Source: Pelagomonas calceolata (lineage: Eukaryota). From it: a stretch of 64,000 bases of DNA. The stretch spans positions 4,650,001 to 4,714,000 of the forward strand of contig CAKKNE010000003.1 in assembly GCA_918797485.1 (NCBI GenBank), given 5' to 3'. The notes beneath the pieces were generated by a model that worked only from the letters and a program-made list of their open reading frames with translations, was not told the origin of the DNA and made no database searches. Shown one piece after another: positions 31,848-40,837 of the stretch. How positions within the stretch are numbered: the first letter of the stretch is position 1; each line of letters opens with the position of its first letter. Both the position numbers and the translations under genes were made by a program.

Positions 31848-34406
31848 ATGGCTGCCGAGCCGCCGCCGCGAACGCCTCGCGCGCCGGCGCCCGGCGAGCC
31901 GCCGCTCACGGTGACGGTCGGCCGGGCGGCGCTGCCGTACGGGGTCAGCGTGGGCCGGCTGCACGCCTCCGACGTGCTGCCGCGGCTGCGGTTCAACGCG
32001 GCGCGCGCGGAGCGCGAGGAGGGCCTCGCGTTCGCCGAGGCCTTTGGCGTGGGCGTCTCGCTCCACTTCAAGCTCGGCAAGCTGCTGCTCTCGCTGCTGA
32101 TCGCGGCGGCGGCGCTGCAGCTGCCCATCCTCGTCTACTACGCGCGCCACGGCCGGTTCGCGGACGCGCGGCGCGCGCGCGACGCGCGCGACGAGGTGCG
32201 CTGGCAGGTGAGCGGCGCGCTCCTCGCGCGCTACTCCATGGCGGCCGTCGCGGCGCCGGCGCAGCTCGGGGAGACCGCGGACGCGCGGCGGCGCGACCTG
32301 CTGCTCGTGTCGTGCTTCGCCGCGCTCGCGACGGCGCTCCTCGGCGCGGGCGCGGCGGCGGCGCGCGACTTCGTGCGGCGCGACGCGCGCGCGCTGCGGT
32401 CCCTGAGCCCGGCGCCGGAGCACTACGCCGTGTTCCTGCGCGAGGTGAGCGACGACGCCACGCCTGCCTCGGTCCGCCGCGCCGTCGAGCGGGCGGTCGA
32501 GGACGCGCGCGTGGAGCACGTCGCGGTGCACCGCGAGCTGCGGCCGGCGCTCGAGGCGGCGCTGGCCGTCATCGCGGCCGAGGACGCGCACGCGCGCGCG
32601 CCGTCGCCGCGGCGCGCGGCGCGCGCCGCGGCCGCGCGCCGCCGCCTCGCCGCGCGCGCGCGCGCGCCGCGCGGCCGCGCGATCGCCGCGTTCGTCGTCT
32701 GCGAGTCGCCGCGCCACGCCAGGGCGGCGCACGCGGCGCTCGCGCGGCGCGCGGCGGCGCTCGCGCCCCGGCGGCGGCGCTGCTTCGAGAAGCCGAACCA
32801 GCTCCTGGGCGCGCCGCTGCGGCCGTCGCTCGCGCCCGCGCCGAGCGACGTCATCTGGGAGAACCTGGAGGTGTCCCCGCGCGAGCGGCTCGCGCGGCGC
32901 GTCGCCGTGCGCGTCCTCACGATCGCGGTGATCGCCGCCGGGCTCCTGGTGGTCTACGGCGTGCGGCGGCGGGCCATCCGCGACTTCGACGTGGACGACG
33001 ACTTCGACGCGGCCGCCGCGCCCCCCGCCGGCAACAACGCGACGCAGCCGGACATCCTGCGCAACGCGCGGAACGCGCTGGAGCCGTACCTGACGCACGC
33101 GCCGTCGCGGAAGCGGCACGCCCTCTTCCTGCTCGTCGTCGTCGTCCTGATCAACTCGCTGCTGCGGCTGCTGGTGCGGCGGGGCGCCATGCTCGGCGCG
33201 CACAGCACGCGGACCACGGAGCAGAGCGCCGCGCTGGTGGCCTACTGGGCCGCGGCCACGGCCAACACCATGGGCGTCTACGCGCTCGCGGCGTGGGGCG
33301 GGCGCGCGCGGACGTCCGCCTACGACGGCGCGCGGCTCACGCGGTGGTACGCCGACGTGGGCGTCTACCTGCTGGCCACGCTGCTGTGGGAGGCGCTGGC
33401 GCCGCCCGCGGGCGCGCTCGTGCGGTGCCTCTTCCGCGCGGATGCGCGCCGCGAGCTCGAGCGCGTCCGCGCGTTCTTCGGGCGGCGGCGGACGCTCCGG
33501 GAGTCGGTGACCCGGGAGAACCTCTTCGACGAGCGGCCCGTCTCCGCCGACCAGAACGCGCCCGCGTGGCGCCGCGGCCTCGACCAGTACGTCGTCGCGC
33601 CGCTCGCGCGGTTCGTGGCGGCGCCGCCGTGGGACCCGACGACGCGCGGCGCGGACATGCTGCGCGTCTTCTTCGTCGGCGCGGTGTTCGGGGCGGGGCA
33701 GCCGCTCCTGCCGGTGCTGAGCGCCGCGACGCTCAGCGTGATGCTCGCGCACGACAAGTGGGCGCTGCTGCGCGAGCGGCGGCCGCCGCCGCGGCTCGGC
33801 CCGCACCTCGCGCGCACGGCGGCGCGCCTGATGCCGCTGGCGGCGCCGCTGCACTGCCTGCTGGCCCTGTGGACCTGGAGCGACTCGACCTACACCGGCG
33901 CGGCGCTCTGGATCCACTGCGCCCCGCTGCCCGTCTCGGGCGCGACCTGGCCCCTGTTGCTCGCCCTCGTCGGCTGCGTCGCGGCCGGCGTCGGCCCGTC
34001 CGTGTCGTCGCGGTCCGGGTGCGGGCGGCGGCCCGGCGATCCGCACATCGGCGGGTCGAGCTGGCAGGAACCGCACGTCGAGGTCCCGCGGCGCGACTCG
34101 TTCGAGCGGACCGCGTCGTGGACGGGCTGGGACGTCGAAAACGTCGAGAACGCGGACGACGAGGTCGCGGCGGCGCTGCCGTGGCGGGCCGCGCGGCGCG
34201 GGTGGGACGCCGCGGGCGTCGATTTCGCCTACGACCTGTGGGAGGGCGGCTACCCCGACCTCCTCCGTACGCGGCGGCTCGTGCGGCGGACCGCCGTCCT
34301 GTCGTCGACGGCCGCGTCGAGCGCCGCCGCCGCGCTGGCGCTGCTCGCGCGCGAGAGCCGCACCGGTCCCAGCGGCGGCGGGGATAGTAGTAACACCGTT
34401 CTGTAG
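31848..34406 (+). CDS. OSCA/TMEM63/CSC1-like membrane channel
   Basis: AFVVCE, APAPSDVIWENL, multiple TM helices, VFGAGQPLL, DKWALLR..RPP. Confidence 0.7.
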   Translation: MAAEPPPRTPRAPAPGEPPLTVTVGRAALPYGVSVGRLHASDVLPRLRFNAARAEREEGLAFAEAFGVGVSLHFKLGKLLLSLLIAAAALQLPILVYYARHGRFADARRARDARDEVRWQVSGALLARYSMAAVAAPAQLGETADARRRDLLLVSCFAALATALLGAGAAAARDFVRRDARALRSLSPAPEHYAVFLREVSDDATPASVRRAVERAVEDARVEHVAVHRELRPALEAALAVIAAEDAHARAPSPRRAARAAAARRRLAARARAPRGRAIAAFVVCESPRHARAAHAALARRAAALAPRRRRCFEKPNQLLGAPLRPSLAPAPSDVIWENLEVSPRERLARRVAVRVLTIAVIAAGLLVVYGVRRRAIRDFDVDDDFDAAAAPPAGNNATQPDILRNARNALEPYLTHAPSRKRHALFLLVVVVLINSLLRLLVRRGAMLGAHSTRTTEQSAALVAYWAAATANTMGVYALAAWGGRARTSAYDGARLTRWYADVGVYLLATLLWEALAPPAGALVRCLFRADARRELERVRAFFGRRRTLRESVTRENLFDERPVSADQNAPAWRRGLDQYVVAPLARFVAAPPWDPTTRGADMLRVFFVGAVFGAGQPLLPVLSAATLSVMLAHDKWALLRERRPPPRLGPHLARTAARLMPLAAPLHCLLALWTWSDSTYTGAALWIHCAPLPVSGATWPLLLALVGCVAAGVGPSVSSRSGCGRRPGDPHIGGSSWQEPHVEVPRRDSFERTASWTGWDVENVENADDEVAAALPWRAARRGWDAAGVDFAYDLWEGGYPDLLRTRRLVRRTAVLSSTAASSAAAALALLARESRTGPSGGGDSSNTVL

Positions 34407-34698
34407 TTTCTCCGGGCCGCGCCGCCGCGCGTGTGGACTTGCGTGTGGCGAGGCTAGGCTCCTCGTAAGGATGGATGCACATGAAACTACTACTCATCAA
34501 TACCTGGTGTTTTACTGTCTATAACGAGTGTTTTGAACCCCTGGTTGCCGCGCCCACTTGCCGCGTTCGGAATGCGCCTCTGACGCGCGGCGTTTCTAAA
34601 GGTGTAGAATACCCTGGGTTTTTCGGAGCGCCCCCTCCCTCACGAGCATGACTCTTCCGCACGCGACCGCCCGGGCGTTGGCGTGCCAGTGTGAGCTA

Positions 34699-36216
34699 CT
34701 ACTCTCTGTTACCCTCGAGAAATTCCACGCTCAGCTGGGCGCCGCAGAACCGCTTGAACTTGAGCGCCGCGAGGCAGGCGACGGCGTCGTCGACCAGCGC
34801 AAAGTCCACGACGACGTCGCCGGCCGCCAGGGCGACCCGCTCGACGGCGCCGTACCGCGCGCACTCGGCGTGCACGTCCGCGAGGACCGCGGGGTCGGCG
34901 GCCGCCGCGTCGAGGGCCCGCGCGGCGGCCAGCGCGCCCCGCACGACGACGGACGCCGTCGGCGCGGCCGCGAGCGTCGCCAGCCGCCGCGCCACCTGCG
35001 CGGACGACGACGGCGCGTCGACGACGAAGGCGGTCCAAGACGCGGAGGCGGACGTCCGGCGCGACCGGCGCGGCCGGCGGCGCGGCGCCGAGGGCCGGGT
35101 CGTGCGCCGCTTCAACGGAGGCGCCCCGCGCAAAGTCCGCGACGACGTCGGCCCACGCGCGCCCCGCCGCGGGGGGGTCGGTCCCCGCGTACTTTGACGG
35201 GCGCTTCACGCGGAGGCGCGTCCCGCGGTAGCAAATGCCGGCGCACGCGAGGAGCGCCAGGGCCTCGGCGTCGCTCCGCGCGCCGACGAACGCGTGCCGG
35301 CCCGAGAGGTGCAGCGACGCGAGGGGCTCGCCCGCCGCCGCGGCGCCGCCCGCCTGCCGGAGCGCGAGGCCGAGGAACGCACGCAGCGACGCCTCCGTCG
35401 TCCCGGCGGGCACGTTGTCGATCAGGACCTCGCGAGAGGCCTGCGCGGCCGCGGCGCCGAGGTCGGCGCCGCCGACCTGGAGCTGGGACCGCGTCGCCGC
35501 GTCCAGAGACCTGCGCGCACATCAAGCGGTGAGCCGGGCGCACACACACGAGCATTCTCCATCCAGTCACTTCTCGGCGACGGCGCAGGGCGTGCTGGCT
35601 GAGTCGAGCGGCGCGATACCCGCGCCGGCGCGCCGTCGAGCAGAGCAGACGTCGCGTCGATGGCCGGGGGATCATGATGCAGCCGTGGGCGACGCACCGC
35701 GAAATTTGATTTGCGCTCGGCCAGAGACGCGGCGTCGATGGTCTGCGCGACGCGCGCCCAGCTGCTGGCGACGGTCCGCGGCCCGTCGTACTTCGTCGGG
35801 CGGCCGATCTTGAGCGCGCCGCCCAGGAAGGGCAGGCCCGTCAGGCTCAGGCAGTTGTCCGTCTCCTGGACGCTCCGCAGCTCGACGAACGCGTACGCCG
35901 CGGACACGCGGCACGAGATGACGGGCGCGCCGGGCGCCGTACAAAAGCCCGCGGCGCGCAGCGCCGCGTTGAGGTGGTCCGCGAGCCCGCGCTCGGTTGT
36001 GTTGGCTGGTGTGTTTCCCACGAAGAGCTCCCTCCTACTCTTCGTCGCCGCGTCGGCCGTCAGCGGCACGAGGCCCTCCTGCATGGCCTGCCGCAGCAGC
36101 GCGCTGGGCGGCGGCGGCGCGTCGAAGCGCGACGCGCGGTCGGCGTGCATGAGTTGATATATAGTTCCGACAGCACGAGAGGCGTGTAATTCGGTAGCGT
36201 TAGAGGTATCGACCAT
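34699..36216 (-). CDS. U2AF large-subunit-like RRM protein; 3 exons (introns 35511-35728 and ~34996-35065)
   Basis: RELFVGNTP...YAFVELRS..LKIGRP.KY, a second similar RRM, and a C-terminal UHM-like domain (DVHAECARYG.V...KRFCG). Frames join after splicing. Confidence 0.8.
34996..35065 (-). other. Short intron, probable decayed Introner (donor position uncertain)
   Basis: GT...CGCGCAG; duplicated gtcgcgcc / gtggcgcg; restores PAAP|VARR. Confidence 0.6.
35511..35728 (-). mobile_element. Introner intron (218 bp)
   Basis: Perfect TSD ccagagac (35503-35510, 35721-35728). 12/15 TIR ctgcgcgcacatcaa / ttgatttgcgctcgg. Confidence 0.9.
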
Positions 36217-36388
36217 CAAGCCAACGGCTTGCTACGGATGCTGGTAACCTGAAAAAAAAAAAAAGAGGGGGGGGAAAAGGAAAGGTAAGAAAAGAAGGAT
36301 GCTGCCTGTACACCTGGGCGGCAAGCTTTCGTACGACTTTCGATAGCAAAATTCCAATTAATTTCAATTTTTAGCAGCTAACAGAGGC

Positions 36389-39300
36389 TCAAAGGGGAGG
36401 GAGCGTACAGAACGGTCCCGGCCTGCTTTCCGAGACGTGGCGAGGGTCATCAAAAGGGCGCCCGCATTTGCAGGGGTTGGTGCAGTGTTCTCGGCCGCGG
36501 ACGAGGTGGGCGCCCGTGGGCCGGCCGCACCGCAAGCACGTCGTCCGGCCGTCGACTCTTGGAGCAGGCACTGGCCTTGGTGGCGGCGGCATAAAGCCCC
36601 ACGGCGTCGCCGGAGCCGTCGGGAGGGGCCTGTGCGGGAAGAAAAAGCCGGGCGGCGGCGGCGCGCTCGGGAGGGCGCAGCAGAAGGGCACGACGCCGGG
36701 AAACTGGATCGGCTGCCGCTCCGCGGGCGGCGGCGGCGGCACCCGGGTCGGCCCGCCGGGCTCCGCGGGCGGCGCGGTCGTCGCGTCCCGATCCGCGCGC
36801 TGATACCGGTATGCTTCCCGCACATTCTGCTGGTCGGCCGGCGTCAGATCTTGAACTACTTCCACTGGATTATACCGACGGTCATACTCGTCGTAGAGCT
36901 GCTCCATCGTTTTCAACCTAAGCTTAAGATGAGCGTCGCCGGCGAGCTGCTTGTGTACCTCCGTGATAACACGTTCGGTCCACTCCGTCATGAACTTCTG
37001 GTAGGAGCTCGAGCTACTGCGCGTATACTTCTTGTGGAGCTCTTCAAACAGTCTGCGCTCGTCCTCGCCGTCCGGGCCCTCGTTGAACGGCGTCGGCGCC
37101 TTGTCCTTCATGCCCGAGAGCTTCCCTAGGTGGTCAAACGACGTCGTGCGGTTGTTGATGGCCTTATTAACACTCACACGTTTCAAAGAATCGTCGCCGC
37201 CCTGGTCGACGTCCTCGACGATCACGTCAAAGTGCCTCCCGTCGCCTTGATCGTCTACGTGCCACGCGAGGTGGATGGACGGCGCGTCGACGTCCACGGT
37301 TCCGTCGGGAAGAAGCTCCTGGTGGTACGGCACACGGCTCTCGGTTCGTCGGACACGACCATCAGGATGTATGATCGAGATGAAAATAGAAAAGCCGAAC
37401 GCGAGGCCCAACCCCATCAACATCAAGTGGTCGCCCCAGCGACTATTTGGCGCCTTCTCGTTGTGCAAGTCATCCTCATTGGTCATCTCCTCGAACCAGC
37501 GGTCCCACGACCCGTGCCGCGCAGAAGCTTCGTTGTCGAGCGGGGCGCGGTCGGCGTGCACACGACTTTCTCGGTGCGTGCGCATACGTCGTGCCGCTTC
37601 AGTCCGCAGATTTATGATCTCTCGGCGCACCACAAGATCGTTGCCGTCCTTCCAGTCGATTTCAGCAGTAAAAAGGGCTGGCCTTATACGTGAGGCTGCA
37701 GCCGCAAACGCCCGGTAGAGGCACCTGCCGTCGCCACGCACGGTCTGGACGAAGGATTGCGGCTGGGGCACGTCCGGGGGCGCGTCGTCCTCGGGGCTGA
37801 CTGGCGTGGGGTCGTCATTCAAGTTCAGACGCGACAAGTCGACGATGTTCTGGCACTCCATTCCAAACTTTTCGTCCCCTCGGCCACGCTCATTAATGTT
37901 GAGCTTTGGGAAGGGGAGGTCGTCGGTCTCGAGGCCGAAGGATGCGGCGATACTATTGATCACCGCTAGCGTCTCGTGGTGGTACGTGTGGTAGTCCACG
38001 TCGCCGAGCTTGTCGATGCCGCGGTCGATGTTCCAGCGGTAGATGAAGGACCCGACGGCGTGTTCCGCCCGGACAGTACCACAGGTCGTCGAGCCGATCG
38101 CTGCCCGAAGTAGGCGATGCATCGCTTCCGACTGCGAAGAACCACGGGAAGTAAAGTAGAGCGGCGGCGCAGGCCGACCAGGTCGCCTCGATCGTGAAGC
38201 CTTCGCTGGCCGCGACGTGTAGAGGCGCGCTCCGGGCGGGTCCGACAGGCATCCCTGGCATGCAGCCCTAGGCGTCGTGCCAGGCGTCGGGCACGCGGCA
38301 TTTAGATGGACCCTGCACACATGCTTCATCTGCTTCTTTTTGACCGAAGCAAATTTTTTCGGGTTGAAGAACAGAGGCCTATCAGCCACGGCGGCCATCT
38401 CCGCGTCGGTCTCGTTACCCTGAATCTCGTTTTGCGCCGCGGCCGCGAGGATTGCGGTGTCTCGCTTCACGAAGACGTTCAGGACGTTCTCGATATTCTC
38501 ACGAAGTTGTTTCGGCGGCGGCACCACGCGGCGGCACATGCCGTAGATCTCCCCGCGTTTCTTCTTCGGGTAGTAATCCGTAAGTAAGGCGACGTCATTG
38601 GGGTCTGGTACAAGCACGGCGTCGCGTAGCATCGCCCGGAACTGCCAGCGGAGCTTGTGGGTCGATGGTATCGAGATGGCCTCGTCCCAGCGAGCAAACC
38701 AGTGGAACGGGTCCAACAAAATAGGCACGTCGGGGAACACGCGGTTGAATGCTGTTCGCCGAGAACAGCAGTTGTCGATGTAGATTGCACTGGGCATGTA
38801 GTCGTCGCCGTGCATCTTTTTAAGGCGTGCCAGAAGTGCCGCGAAGTGCGGCTCGGTCTCCTCAAAAGCGTCCTCGCGATGGTGAAATCCATACCACATG
38901 ACCTGTGTAGACCGACGGCGTCGACGCCGCGTCGATGGCGTCGATGGAGTGGACGTCTGATTCGACGCTGTAGTAGCACCTGGCCCGCCTCGTTTACGAC
39001 AGAAGCGAACCCTCCAAAAGGCTTAAACAGCATGCCCGAGTCCGGGTGGTAGCACACGATTTTCTCGGCGATCTTGTAGGTGAAATCTGTCTTAAGTACC
39101 TGGCCAGACAGACCGGCGAGTTGGGTAGTGACAAACTCGCGTCGGTCAGACCACATCCCTGCAGCAATATCATCAACGATGTCTCGGCCCACAAATACGC
39201 CGTTCCACCCATTTTTATCGTCGAAGTCCAGGAAAGGAGGCGGGACGTAGCGAACAGTTCCGTTCTCAGCGTTCTGCGCAGCTTCGCGTTCTTCCATCGC

Positions 39301-40615
39301 GGCCTTGCAGGCAGCAGCCGCAGCGCGCCGGTCGGCGAGCTTCTCCACGTCGTTCGGTTGCTCTGGTTGAGAAGGAGGAGTAGTAGGCGGCGGCCACGAG
39401 CCGTACTTCTCCTCGAGATACTCCAGCGCCATCGCTTTATAATGTTGGAGCGCCTTCAATTGGTCAGAGCGGTCGCGCTTCTTGGACACTGACCGAGCAA
39501 TCAGCGCCGATTCCTGCACGGCCTCCAGGTCCTGGATACTATGAACGTTGATTTCTCTGAACATCGCAACCTTCCCTGGTCCAAAACCCCTCAGTTCTGA
39601 TAGTCTATCAATGCGAGGGGCTGCTCGCCGTTCGTCTCGAGCTCGCCGCGCAGCGCCGAGTTGATTCACGACCTCCGCAGCAGTCCTCGCATCTGCGAGA
39701 CTACCTCTAGCAACACCGAGCGCTAGTCGAGCTGGACGTTGATTGGTGTTGTTTGTCCTCTCGGCCGAAGTGAGACGACCGTGAAGTGCCCAATAGTTCA
39801 GCTGCTGGCCGTAGTAATATTCGATGTAGAAGTGCTGGAGTATTCGTACTGTAGGAGCTGTTCCGAGCGGGTCCCAGGCGTCCTCGATCAGCTTTGCCTG
39901 TGTGTAAATCGACTATTACTGACACGTCGACGCCGTCGACGCCGTCGACGCTGGGCCGCACGAGGTCAGCTTCCACGGCGTACTTCTTGCCCTTGAAAAT
40001 GTTGAAAAACGACCGCACATGGATCGGGCACTGCGCGATGGACTTTGGATCTGTCAAGCGAAAAAGTATACCACAACGCTTGCACTTGAGCCGCACGGTG
40101 TCCAACCACCAGTGGTCGTGGACGCCAAAGACGCGCACGACGTTCGATGGCCATACTTTCGACTTTACGTCCACCATCGAATCCTTGCCAATGCAGCAGT
40201 CATTTGGACAAGGTGGTGCTGGTAGTTCATTATGGAAGAAGATGTGTGGCAACCACACGCCGATGGGGCGTCGGTACCACTGCTCGCGCTGAGGCGGTTG
40301 GCGCGTGCGCGCCGCGCGCCATGCCGCGTCCGGCGGGTTCCAGTGCCAACCATTGGAGAATATTTCTTCGCAGAGCTGCTGAGGGCTGCCCCACAACGTG
40401 TCGATGCGTCGCCGCAGCCTCTGGACGTCGTCGCGGACGTGCGGCCCACAGGACCACTGGCCAGTGTTTTTTTTGGCCGGTGCTGGCGCCGGCGCCGGCG
40501 CCGGGACGTCGTCAGCAGCCGCGAGGGCCGCTAGGACGCAGCCGATCACAGTCAGGGTGCGCATTTTACCCTCTCCCGGCCAAAAACACGCTGCCGAAAA
40601 GGTAAACTTACACAT
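36389..40615 (-). CDS. DDE transposase with N-terminal Zn-finger (DUF6729-like), HhH, OTU protease and C-terminal Zn-knuckle; exons 40615-39962, 39897-38980, 38902-36389
   Basis: Spliced ORF is open for 1361 aa (1344 from ATG 40564). LKTDFTYK, IYIDNCC, LDPFHW, RGSSQSEAMH; OTU motifs GDGRCLYRA / WG / HFD. Confidence 0.8.
38903..38979 (-). other. Intron 2 of the transposase (77 bp, Introner-like)
   Basis: GT...CTACACAG; contains the gccatcgacgc motif; joins EAGQ|VMWY. Confidence 0.75.
39898..39961 (-). other. Intron 1 of the transposase (64 bp, Introner-like)
   Basis: GT...GATTTACACACAG; joins EADL|AKLI. Confidence 0.75.
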
Positions 40616-40837
40616 ACCATAAGTGCACTTTTACCGGTATCCGTAGCCGGTCAAGCCAACGCGGTTTCTAAAACCCGTTTTCTGCATCAAGCGCGCGCGC
40701 ATAGAGCTAGCTTAGGATCGCCGCGCGAAAGCGGCCGGCGAGAGACAAGCGCGCGCCGGCGCGCCGCAGCGAACCACTTTGGACAGGCAGGCATGCCGTC
40801 GCGGAGGCGGTCCTCTGCTGCCCACATTTGAGGGCCC

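Larger units (their letters stand above)
36226..40650 (-). mobile_element. Autonomous-looking DDE DNA transposon (~4.4 kb)
   Basis: Direct repeat tcaagccaac(g) at 36216-36225 and 40651-40660. Inverted repeats gctacggatgctggtaa (36231-36247) and ttaccggtatccgtagc (40631-40647), 15/17 match. Encloses a transposase gene with lower GC. Confidence 0.85.

Noticed and set aside
31755..34387. Long overlapping Arg/Ala/Pro-rich ORFs here and throughout the window
   Set aside because: Shadow ORFs expected at very high GC, overlapping well-supported genes.
36181..36230. Dada-style insertion into a tRNA or snRNA gene
   Set aside because: No recognisable tRNA, U1 or U6 sequence in the rejoined flanks.
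36226..40650. This transposase as the mobiliser of the Introners
   Set aside because: Its ends (..GCTACGGAT..) and 10-11-bp TSD do not match the Introner TIR (CTGTGTGGAAATC) or the 8-bp TSD.
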